Assembly (NCBI GenBank): GCA_951406725.2 | Contig: OX597821.1 | Location: forward strand, 107,384,001 to 107,448,000 | DNA: 64,000 nucleotides | Direction of reading: 5' to 3' | Source: Octopus vulgaris | Lineage: Eukaryota | Shown here: piece by piece, positions 52,838-64,000 of the stretch | Position numbering within the stretch: position 1 is the first letter of the stretch | Layout: every line of letters begins with the position of its first letter | Notes under the pieces: generated by a model | Seen by the model: the letters and a program-made list of their open reading frames with translations, nothing else | Database searches by the model: none | What the model was told of the DNA's origin: nothing | Translations under genes and position numbers: made by a program

Positions 52838-53658
52838 TTGCCCTGAAACTCCCATACTCCCTTCCTTCAGGTGAAACTCTCGCGGCGTCCAACAACATCA
52901 GAGACCTGGGAGTAATTGTGGACAACAACATAAGCTGGACCACTCATATAAACACCAAAGTTGACATGACCCGCAGAATGTGTTCCTGGATTCTCAGAAC
53001 TTTCCAGTCGAGAGATATCCACACCATTATCCTTCTCTTCTCCACTTTTGCCCGACCCCACCTTGAATACTGTTGTCCACTGTGGTCTCCCCACACAATA
53101 CAAGGTATCATAAAAGTTGAAGCACCTCAAAGGGCAATCACAAAAAAGATAGATGGCATGACAGGCCTCGACTATTGGGGTCGACTAGAAAAGCTAAAAC
53201 TTTATTCTCTCCAACGTCGTCGTGAGCGCTACATCATCTGCATGATGTGGAAAATATTCCATCCGCATTGCCCAAATGATGTTGGCATCACCTTTAAGGT
53301 ACATCCAAGGCTTGGGCCCCGTGCCATCCGCCCAAAACAAAAATCGCACTCTCATCTCATAACAACAATACGGCACAATTATTTCACCTATTGGCCCCGC
53401 TCTCTTTAACATTACACCAAAACACATTAAAACAGAAACTGACCCTATAGGGTTCAAGAAGTCTTTGGACAGATTCCTTCAAGAAATCCCGGATAAACCC
53501 CCTACACCCGGATATGTCTCTGTAAACAATAACTCTCTACTTGAGTGGGCCATAGTGCCCAAATTCTGACTTGAAAGACTTCACCAGGTGGTGCTATTAA
53601 GTTAGACATGGCCTGGGCCAATAATGGCCGAAACCTATCAAAGTATCAAAGTATCAAA

Positions 53659-53660
<2 letters not shown>
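52838..53660 (+). mobile_element. CR1-group LINE 3' fragment
   Basis: IRDLGVIVDNNISWTTHI..RPHLEYCCPLWSP..LDYWGRLEKLKLYSLQRRRERY; tail of 8-nt TATCAAAG repeats. Confidence 0.9.
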
Positions 53661-53711
<51 letters not shown>

Positions 53712-53749
53712 GGTATTGTAGTTCGCTTGAAGCATTGTGTATTGTTTGT

Positions 53750-53997
53750 AAAGAATAAAAGTTTTGAATGATGCAATAATGATGCACTGTAATAGAAATG
53801 TAATGCCTATATGCCTGTTGTAATTAAGTCATCCATAGTCTGATATGATATTTTGGAATATATATCTAATAATATCTGATGAAGGAATTTCATTCCGAAA
53901 TATCATCAGACTATGGATAACTAAATCACAACAGGTATATAATCCATTTTTTTGTATTATAGTGCATTGTTGTACCATTCAAAACCTTTTATTCAGT
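53750..53997. repeat. Diverged inverted pair of PLE-like ends with partial hammerhead core
   Basis: Arms ~53750-53868 and ~53892-53997; CTGATGA-a-ggaat-ttc-attcc-GAAA at 53876-53900; stem I partner not evident. Confidence 0.6.
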
Positions 53998-54156
53998 ATA
54001 TATATATATATATATATATTCGAAAGAAGGTTTGAAAATGCAATTTTAAAAGATGTTTATTTACTTTACCGGTTTCACTCTTTGGAAAAAGATTGTCAAA
54101 AAAACCTTCTTTCGTATATAATTCCACTCGTGCGGTACCCTACAACTCAACTTTGT

Positions 54157-54215
<59 letters not shown>

Positions 54216-54513
54216 GTGTCCATTATGTTTGTCCGCCCCATATCATCGTTTGACAACCGATCATGGTTTTTTGTTTACATCCATCTAGCTTAGCTTTTCA
54301 GCAAAAGACCGATAGAATAAGTACTAGGCTTACCACTTATAAGTCCTGGGGTCAATTAGTTTGATTAAAGTATTACTCCAGCATGGCCGCAGTCAAATGA
54401 CTGAAACAAGTAAAAGAATAAAGAATATACCTACTTACCTACTATCTACCGCTACTTACCTACAAAAGACCTCTGGCAAACAAAAAACATAAATTAAAAA
54501 ATCTCTAGATATA

Positions 54514-54678
54514 GGCGCAGGAGTGGCTGTGTGGTAAGTAGCTTGCTAACCAGCCACATGGTTCCGGGTTCAGTCCCACTGCGTGGCATCTTGGGCAAGT
54601 GTCTTCTGCTATAGCCTCGGGCCGACCAAAGCTTTGTGAGTGGATTTGGTAGACGGAAACTGAAAGAAGCCTGTCGTA

Positions 54679-54739
<61 letters not shown>

Positions 54740-54966
54740 TTGTTTGTGTGTCTGTGTTTGTCCCCCTAGCATTGCCTGACAACCGATGCTATGTGTGTTT
54801 ACGTCCCCGTAACTTAGCGGTTCGGCAAAAAGAGACCGATAGAATAAGTACTGGGCTTACAAAAAAAAGAATAAGTCCCGGGGTCGAGTTGTTCGACTAA
54901 AGGCGGTGCTCCACCATGGCCGCAGTCAAATGACTGAAACAAGTAAAAGAGTAAAAGAAAAGAGTA
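54514..54966 (+). mobile_element. SINE family A, full length
   Basis: Complete head, TA tract and 3' half. Confidence 0.92.
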
Positions 54967-55023
54967 ATACAACAAAATTCTTTGAATACATGAATTCACA
55001 TAAAGAATTTTGCAAAGGCAGAT

Positions 55024-55103
<80 letters not shown>

Positions 55104-55123
55104 AATATATATATATACATATA

Positions 55124-55189
<66 letters not shown>

Positions 55190-55935
55190 GGATCTTTTCC
55201 TTTTGAACGGAACACAATTTCTAGTTAACTAAACACTTTAAAACTTCGTATACTGGTGGTAGAATGTGTCAAAATAAAACAATTTTTTCTCTTGGCTTTC
55301 TTGATAAAATCGTAATTCGTTTGTTTAACGTAGTTTAATTTTTCGAATTTTAACAAATGAATCGCCTCTAATTGAACTAAAATCATTTGCTGCGTCCAAA
55401 ACTGAGACAACATCCTGTCACTAACCTTAAACCTCCCCTAACTCTAACCCTAACCCTATTTTTTTTTCTTAATTCTTAAATTAATTTAATTGTTACGCGT
55501 GTAAAAAAAAAAACGAAAGCGTATACGTACGGAAAGCGTGTGTATAAAATTATGAAATTATTTTGTTTGTTAATTGTTTAAATTATTTTCCATTGCTTTC
55601 GTTTTTTTACACGCGTAACAATTAAATAAATTTAACAATTAAGAAAAAAAATTAGGGTTAGGGTTAGAGTTAGGGGGAGGTTTAGGGTTAGTGACAGGAT
55701 GTTGTCTCAGTTTTAATCGCAGCAAATGATTTTAGCTCAATAGAGGTAATCGATTGGTTAAAATTGCCGAAATGCTCGAAATTTCAGACGAAATATCTTA
55801 CAAACTATAGAATTTTCTCAATAAAACCAAGAGAAAATGATGTTTTATAAACACATTCTACCAGTATACGAAGTTTAAAACTTTTTAGTTACCTAGAAAT
55901 TATGTTACAAAGTGCCGTTCAAAAAGAAAAGATCC
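55190..55935. mobile_element. Fold-back MITE with ~330-bp arms, TA flanks and internal TTAGGG-like repeats
   Basis: Termini ta-GGATCTTTTC / GAAAAGATCC-ta; arms 55190-55520 and 55595-55935. Confidence 0.88.
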
Positions 55936-55937
55936 TA

Positions 55938-55968
<31 letters not shown>

Positions 55969-56294
55969 GGTTGAGGACTGGCCAGGTTACTAGGCTACCT
56001 GGTGGCAAATGGGCCCCTGCGCTATTAGAATCCATATATGGGAGCCCAAGTTAGTATTTAGGGGCCCCATCCCTTCAGATTTGAGAATTTTTTATTCACC
56101 ACTGGAAGAAGGCATTAATTACTTCATCCTAGGTGTGTTTGTAGACATTTGAAAAGAGTACTTTTAAAAAATTAAATGATAGCATTATAACCGCGGGTGG
56201 GCCCGCTCATAGTAGCGGGTTGGTCCTCTTGCACTTGCGGATGGGTCCCCAACCCTTAGGCTCCTAGCAACTAATATTTTTAGACCCAGTCGGC

Positions 56295-56331
<37 letters not shown>

Positions 56332-56334
56332 ATC

Positions 56335-56668
56335 AGTCCCACTGCGTGGCATCTTGGGCAAGTGTCTTCTGCTATAGCCCCGGGCCGACCAATGCCTTGT
56401 GAGTGGATTTGGTAGACGGAAACTGAAAGAAGCCTGTCGTATATATGTATATATGTATATATGTGTGTGTCTGTGTTTGTCCCCCTAGCATTGCTTGTGT
56501 GTTTACGGCCCCGTTACTTAGCGGTTCGGCAAAAAAAGAGACCGATAGAATAAGTACTGGGCTTTCAAAGAATAAGTCCCGGGGTTGATTTGCTCGACTA
56601 AAGGCGGTGCTCCAGCATGGCCGCAGTCAAATGACTGAAACAAGTAAAAGAGTAAAGAGTAAAAGAGT
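56335..56668 (+). mobile_element. SINE family A, 5'-truncated
   Basis: Very similar to 54570-54960. Confidence 0.9.
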
Positions 56669-56710
56669 ATAGAAATTCGGGGTGAGTACTTGATAATTGT
56701 AAGCATCATG

Positions 56711-56769
<59 letters not shown>

Positions 56770-57524
56770 CTTTACTTCTTATATATTGTAATACATGTCA
56801 TCGGTAGGGAAGTGTCTAATAATTAATGTTAAGATTTTTTTCTATATTTGTCACAGCATTTAATTTAAAACGACTTTAGACTGTGTTACATAACATTTTG
56901 TGCTTTGTATTAGTTGTTCAGTTAATTTGTATGGCTTCTGTAGTCGCTTCCATCCGCTAATTTTAGGGCTTCTTTGTAAAATGGCGTTGATTGTTTAAAT
57001 ATTGATTGTGAAATTCGTTAATATTTCCTGGCCAAGGCTACTGAGTAGATGCTTTATCTTCTTTAGTATGGAATGTGGATGTTTAGAATCCAAATTATAT
57101 ATAGCAGTATACAATTTGCTTCGTGTAATTATATTCTGTAGCCAAAAGTTTGCATATTTTGTGACAAGGAATAAGGATTAATTTAACTTACGCTACGAAA
57201 AAAATATGCCACAACAAAACACAACGCTGATAGTCACATGTACTCGACATACATGCATATATGCGTGGGTGTGTGTGTGTGTATGTGAATGATTGTATGT
57301 ATGAATGTATACACACTACACCACACACATACACACACACACATACACACACACACACAAACAAGCTAACAAACAACTCTCACACACATTATGATTGTGA
57401 TAACTCACATAATACTTCCGGTGCCTTCTTAAAGTAATATAATTTTCCTGCTTCGACAAGGAATAAGTTAAAGAATTCGTTAAATAATAATCCATCTTTT
57501 GCTTTTCTCTTTCGGCCTTTAAAC

Positions 57525-57654
57525 CGAGGCCGTGCTGGTTTGCGATAACATAAAAATAAAGAATCGCCGGTTATCAAACAGTGACGAGGGACAAACATGA
57601 AGAAACAATCGCGCGAGCTGATAAAGATATACACCGACAGAGAGACAGGCAGAC

Positions 57655-57730
<76 letters not shown>

Positions 57731-57731
57731 C

Positions 57732-57786
<55 letters not shown>

Positions 57787-58070
57787 GGACGGACGGACGG
57801 ACGGACGGACGGACGGACGGACGGACAGATGGATGGATGGATGGATGGATGGATGGATGGATGGATGGATGGATGGATGGATGGATGGATGGATTGATGG
57901 ATTGATGGATGGATAGGTAGATAGATAGTTTGCGTTTATAAAATCCACCTGCACGGCTTTGGTCAGTTGGGGCGATATTAGAGGATACATGTGCAAAGTA
58001 TCACGCAGTGGATCTGAACTCAAGTCCTCATGGTTGCGAAGCAAGTTTCTTACGACATAGTCATGCCTAT
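57525..58070 (-). mobile_element. Old SINE family A with compound GATA/GACA/GACG/GATG array
   Basis: Degenerate halves flank the tetranucleotide array. Confidence 0.6.
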
Positions 58071-59424
58071 ACCTATCGAAACCTTTCTTGATAATTACAA
58101 GTAATAAATTTCACCAGATGAATGCAAGTTCCTATAACTTTCTTCCTCATTGAATTAGTTTCCTTTACCTACAAGAAAATGGCATACCTTTTCCAAAATC
58201 ACATCAAACGAACTTAAAAAAGTAAAAAAACATCTTGTATTACGATGTCTAGGATAAGGGCAGTGCGCTGGCAAAGTTGTTAGAGTGTTGGGAAAACGCC
58301 AGGTCTTATATTCTTCCGGATTTTTAAATTCTGAGTTCACATACTAGCAGAATCAGATTTGTTTTTCGTTCTACTGAATCGATTAAGAATAAAATGTTCT
58401 ATTCTAAAACTGGAATCGATAACATAGTCTAATACTCTGCCTTGAAATCGCTAGTTTAGCCTATAGATCATAACCTATCATGAAATATAAGGTTATAGGA
58501 AATTTTGCCGAAAACACTTTTCTGTAAGAAAATTTGCCTTAAGAAATTTCATTTTAAATTACCTCATCAGATTTATGTGAATGTTTGACTTTGAATAAAG
58601 ATTTGTGCATTTAATGCTTTTATAAAACCTTTTATAATTCTCTTTTTATATTTCAGGAAATGTTGATATAATACGTTTTGATATTTTCGATACGGTCAAT
58701 TTCTCCTATAGCGAATTCTCACATGTGGTGAAATTTCTTACGGTGAATTTTCCAGACGCGGAAATATAAAACGCGAAGGTGACGGTTGGAATGCTTATAC
58801 GCTTAGATCTAACTATCTGTTTAGTCAGGACAGATCTGAGATTAGACAGGAAACAGCAACGGAAAACGGGCTGTTATTAGCTAAGATAAAAAAAAAACAG
58901 TTAGGAATATATTCAGTATGTACAACTGCTTAAATTTTAGTATATCGTCCACAGGACGTGTAAAAGAGGGATATTTCTGCGTATGCATATATGTTTCTGA
59001 GTGTGTGTGTGTCTCTCTCAGCTACATTCGAATTATCCAGAAGCCCTATGTAAAGAAGATACTTTGTTGCTGTAGTTCAGGTTGGAACCGAGTCATAATA
59101 ATAAATAATTAGATAGTAATATCTTATGTAGTTTGGTTATTGCTCGTCAGAAAGAGATCCTTGGTTACAGTCTTTTGTGACGTTTTTGCAGCTTTAACAA
59201 AAAATACATGCATATATGTATATATTCGGTCATCCCATAAATAATGTGGGATTATTTCAATTGCATGAACTAAAAGTCAGCGGGGATGGGATAAACATTT
59301 CTTCATTTCCCCGAAGAGAAGATTACATTCTTTTACACCATTTTATTGCCTTGAAATAATTCCAGTGTTATCTACGAAACATGTGTCGGAAGAAAAAGAA
59401 TTTGAATATCACCTGTGTCTAATT

Positions 59425-59474
<50 letters not shown>

Positions 59475-59489
59475 ATCTATCTATCTATC

Positions 59490-59587
<98 letters not shown>

Positions 59588-59604
59588 CACATATATATAT
59601 ATAT

Positions 59605-60035
59605 TCTGTCATTCTTTTATTAGTTTCAGTCATTTGACTACAGCCATGCTGGAGCATCGCCTTGAACACTGTATTAGGCGAACAAATCAATCCCAGGACT
59701 TAATTTTTAAAGCCTAGTATTTATTCTATCTTTCATTTTTGCCGAACCGTTAAGTTACAGGGACGTAAACACACCAACACTGATTACCAATCGGTGATGG
59801 AATGACAAAAACAGACAAAAAGACAAACATGCACATAGATATATACATATATGAATCGTCCTCCTTACTCCTCGTCTTTTTTTAAACCTGGTACTTATTC
59901 TATCGATCTGTTTTACCCAACCACTAAGTCACGAGGACGTAAACACTCCAACACCGGTTGTCAATCGATGGTAGAAGACAAACACAGACACAGAACATAT
60001 ACATACAGGCATAGTGTGTGGCTAATAAAGAAACA

Positions 60036-60082
<47 letters not shown>

Positions 60083-60142
60083 TTATCTATCTACCTATCT
60101 ATCTATCTATCTATCTATATATCTATCGATCTATCTATCTAC

Positions 60143-60227
<85 letters not shown>

Positions 60228-60395
60228 TATACGACGGGCTTCTTTCAGTTTCCGTCTACCAAATCCACTCACAAGGCTTTGGTCGGTCCGAGGCTACAGT
60301 AGAAGACACTTGTCCAAGGTGCCACACAGTGGGACTGAACCCGGAACCTTGTGGTTAGAAAGCAAATTTCTTACCACCTAGTCACTCCTTCGCCT
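59605..60395 (-). mobile_element. SINE family A pieces (two 3' halves and one head) with microsatellites
   Basis: 3' halves at 59605-59830 and 59880-59995; head at 60232-60395. Confidence 0.8.
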
Positions 60396-61065
60396 ATTGA
60401 TTGATAATTAAAATTTATTTTAAAGAAATGATAGTAAAACGGATATATTCTATCGAGGCAATGCTTAATGCTCAATATCAAAGAATTAAAGAACTTTATT
60501 GACGAAAACCGCATGAAGACGTGCATAAGGCCGCTGAAATAATGGCGATTTAAACCTATCAAAAAAATTCCGATGGGATTTTAAATGGACGGTGAATAAA
60601 ATGAAGAATAACACATAATGGAGATTAACATCACCTAGAGGCTAGTTTCATTAAGATATTTCATTATCTGATTTTTAGATTACAATGTAGTGAAAATTTT
60701 ATTGATTGAAAGTCAAAAGCAGAATGTACCCATGTATGGTAAAAGGTTAATAAAAAAAGTGGTGGGGAAAAAATCAGAAGGTTACGTGTTTCGTTTGGTT
60801 TGGTTTGGTTTGGTTTTATTAGGGATGTTTATTAGAAGAGTAATTTGTGGTTCTTAACTATTTATTTACATTTTTCAAATGTGCTGTTGCACTTTGAGAA
60901 TTTATATATATAAAAATATATATATTATATATATAAAAATATAGACAGATAGATATAGATATTGATATACATATATATATATATATATGTGTGTATATAT
61001 ATATGTATATATATATACATATATACATTCATATATATATATATATATATATAAATATACATGTA

Positions 61066-61096
<31 letters not shown>

Positions 61097-61162
61097 GTAC
61101 ATGTATATGTATATCTATCAATCTATCTATCTATATATATACACACACGCATATATATACAT

Positions 61163-61206
<44 letters not shown>

Positions 61207-61328
61207 TTTGGGTCGCTTCATGTGAACCCTCCGTAGCTATATTTATATAAATACTGCTCTATAGCTTAGAGTCTGCTTCTCTTTCGGATTAATGATTTAT
61301 TGACGATATATATATTTGCACATGTATG

Positions 61329-61375
<47 letters not shown>

Positions 61376-61525
61376 GCATACTCACACACACATACGCATA
61401 CACATACATATACATATATATACCTGTATACATATATACATATTTATATGTACATATATATATATATATATATATGTATGTATACGTATGTATACGGATA
61501 TACACGTATATATAGGCATGTGTAT

Positions 61526-61733
61526 ATACGAGTGTGTCCTGAAAAGTTCCTTGCTTTAAGGGTATCGTGAAAGGTCTGGCTGGAAACCCAACCTTCCGTG
61601 TTCTTTTGCAGGGCTTAGAAAAACTGAAGGACCGCTGCCACAAATGTGTGAATCTGAGAGGGGAATATGTTGAAGAAAATCACAATTAACTGAACATTCT
61701 CTATTTACTTTTACTCAAGCCCAACCTCTCGTG
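61526..61733 (+). mobile_element. mariner-derived MITE
   Basis: tacgag.. left end, ctctcgtg right end; residual C-terminus LQGLEKLKDRCHKCVNLRGEYVE. Confidence 0.75.
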
Positions 61734-61782
61734 TATGTACATAAATATATGTATGAACATATGTGCGTACACACACACACAA

Positions 61783-61837
<55 letters not shown>

Positions 61838-61883
61838 CATATAATATATATATATATACACACACATATATATATATACATAC

Positions 61884-61918
<35 letters not shown>

Positions 61919-62164
61919 AAATATATATATACATATATATATATATACATATATATGTACGTCTCTACGTAGATATGTATTTAAATACGCTTATATATAG
62001 AGATGTGTGCGTGTGTGTATCCGTGCACATATGCAAGTGTATAAACACATTAATTATTTTAAGTTTGGTTGTTAATCCATAAATTCATCTAAAACTATAA
62101 AATTATGTAAACATACATACCTAACATACATACATATATGTGTGTGTGTGTGTATGTGCGTGTG

Positions 62165-62242
<78 letters not shown>

Positions 62243-62443
62243 TACAGATATATTCAGGTAAGTAGTCATCTTCTGACACTGAATTAGCAGACATTTTAGA
62301 GCTTTTATTTAATGTTTAAAAGTCACTTCTTGTCACAACAATATTTGTATAGCAATGACGTCACAACTTCCGGAATTGAATTGTATTATATCTTTTCCCT
62401 TTCGAGAATCTGCTTCTGGCAATATTTGTCCTGTGTCATTTGC

Positions 62444-62630
62444 GAGCAGCTAGAATCGTTAGTACGCTGTGCAAATTGCTTAACGACATTTCATCTCTAC
62501 GTTTTGAGATCAAATTCCACCGAGGTCGACTTTATCTTTTCTGGGTCGATAAATGAATTGGCAGTCAAGTGCTAGTGTCGATGTGATCGGCTATCCCCTC
62601 CTCTAAAATTCCCAGCATTATGACTATAGT
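62444..62630 (+). mobile_element. SINE family B (diverged)
   Basis: gagcagctagaatcgttagtacgc...tcaaattccaccgaggtcgacttt. Confidence 0.75.
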
Positions 62631-62634
62631 ATTA

Positions 62635-64000
62635 TTATTTTTTTTATTTTTACTTTTATTGTGCGTGTTTGCTACAATCAGTTGCCGACACACGCCTAGC
62701 GTCCAGGGGCGAATGAAGGACAAGAGATTTTACAGTGACTGAAGGCTTAGGGTGGCAGGGGCAGTAGCGAAATATCTTCATGTAATACAACACCGACATT
62801 TAAATAGATAGGGTTTTTCTAAGAATGTGGGCAGTACTTGTCAGCACAGTCTTTTGGATTTCTCTGAGACATGGTTCTCCAGGGATCTTATCGAGATGTT
62901 TCTGACATCCCTTTGTTCTCATACCTAGGAGACCGACAATAAGAGGAATAGTTCTCATTTTAAGATGCCACATGTTTTGTATTACAATTTCCAGGTCTTT
63001 ATATTTACTTAATTTGTCAAATTCCTTTACAGATATATTTTTCTCAGTGGGAACACTTACATCTACTAGTCTACAAGTATTTTCTTCCTTGTCTTTAATA
63101 ATTATGCTTGATCGAGTAACCTGGATCGTTCTGTCAGTGTTGACAGGAAAATCCCAGAGTATAGTGACATTTTTACCTTCAACGACTGGCACGGGATGGT
63201 GTTCGAACCAGTAAGCAGGAATGCTGATTTTGTAGTGTTTACATATTTTCCGATGTAAATACTGTCCTACCCTATCGTGGCGATTTTTGCACTCGTTTGG
63301 TGTCAGCACAGGACATTCCGAAACGAGGGTCAGAACCGTTTTGAAGAACTTTATCCTGGAGTTTTGATCCTGTGCCGCTCATATGAAACCTTCAGTCTCT
63401 GCTTTCATTTCTGAACTTCTCATCCACTGATAGGCTGTTGCTTGATCAACTTCAGCATTTCGACTTTGAAGTATATACTGTCCATTCTGAGGCTTCTGGC
63501 TCCACAGCTCCCCAAATTGCTTCTGCTCGTTCTTTTTTGCAGTCTGTGTGATCCATTTTGCTTGTTTAGTGACAGTGGTTTCGGGTTCTTCATCTAATAC
63601 CGGGTTAATGTCAAGTTCCTTTGTGAATTTGCAACTTTCCTTGACAATCTAATGTGATTTTTTTTTACTGCTTTCGTGTTTGCACACAAGCCGTAGCATC
63701 CAGTCCTCTGTACTAGATAAGTACCTGTTCATTGCTATTGTGGCGGTCTTATAGCACAATTCTCCATGCATCATTCCTCTTCTCCCATCACTTCTAGGTA
63801 GATACAGACAATCAACGTCTGCTTTTGGGTGGTGCATGTCAATAGTTTTCTTGTCTTCCTGTCCAGGCGTTGGAGCTACGTAAGGGCCGAGTTAATGATA
63901 TTAAAGGTTCATTGGACTACTGGAACTTCCAGGGTGTTAATGGCTTCGATACGATTTTTGGAATTGAGTTCAGTTTTTAGTATGAATCTTACTCTCCTGT
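62635..64000 (-). mobile_element. R4/Dong-like non-LTR retrotransposon 3' part (runs off the window)
   Basis: KTELNSKNRIEAINT, HHPKADVDCLYLPRSDGRRG, KAETEGFI*AAQDQ, RHDRVG, ILWDF, VDVSVP, KLSKYKDL; stops and deletions. Confidence 0.9.

Noticed and set aside
55968-56300. GC-rich TA-flanked insert with GGGCCC motifs (hAT-like MITE?)
   Set aside because: The terminal inverted repeats are too weak to call.
62690-62775. GC-rich segment with ggcgaatg resembling an HDV ribozyme end
   Set aside because: Could not build the P1/P2/P3 pairings, and it is antisense to the Dong 3' UTR.

Overview
AT-rich, repeat-saturated eukaryotic DNA with no recognisable host protein-coding exon. The SINE families and microsatellite density suggest a cephalopod (Octopus-like) genome; this is an inference. 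Most ORFs in the supplied track are microsatellite translation artefacts. The real content is: (i) at least three tRNA-headed SINE families in many copies; (ii) non-LTR retrotransposon fragments of R4/Dong, Tx1/L1, CR1 and HERO type; (iii) Tc1/mariner remnants and fold-back MITEs; (iv) Penelope-like elements (PLEs), including a young 3.1-kb insertion (44613-47720) with an uninterrupted ~600-codon RT + GIY-YIG frame and a 944-bp inverted arm. The most interesting signal is a set of hammerhead-ribozyme-like motifs from several unrelated elements. They include minimal type-I hammerheads with palindromic stem III, a family with a compensatory U3-A8 core swap (3 copies), U4C variants, and a non-circularly permuted (pseudoknotted) hammerhead-like arrangement in the 3' UTR of a HERO-like retrotransposon (35210-35276, minus strand). 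All structures were paired by eye; none has been tested computationally or experimentally.
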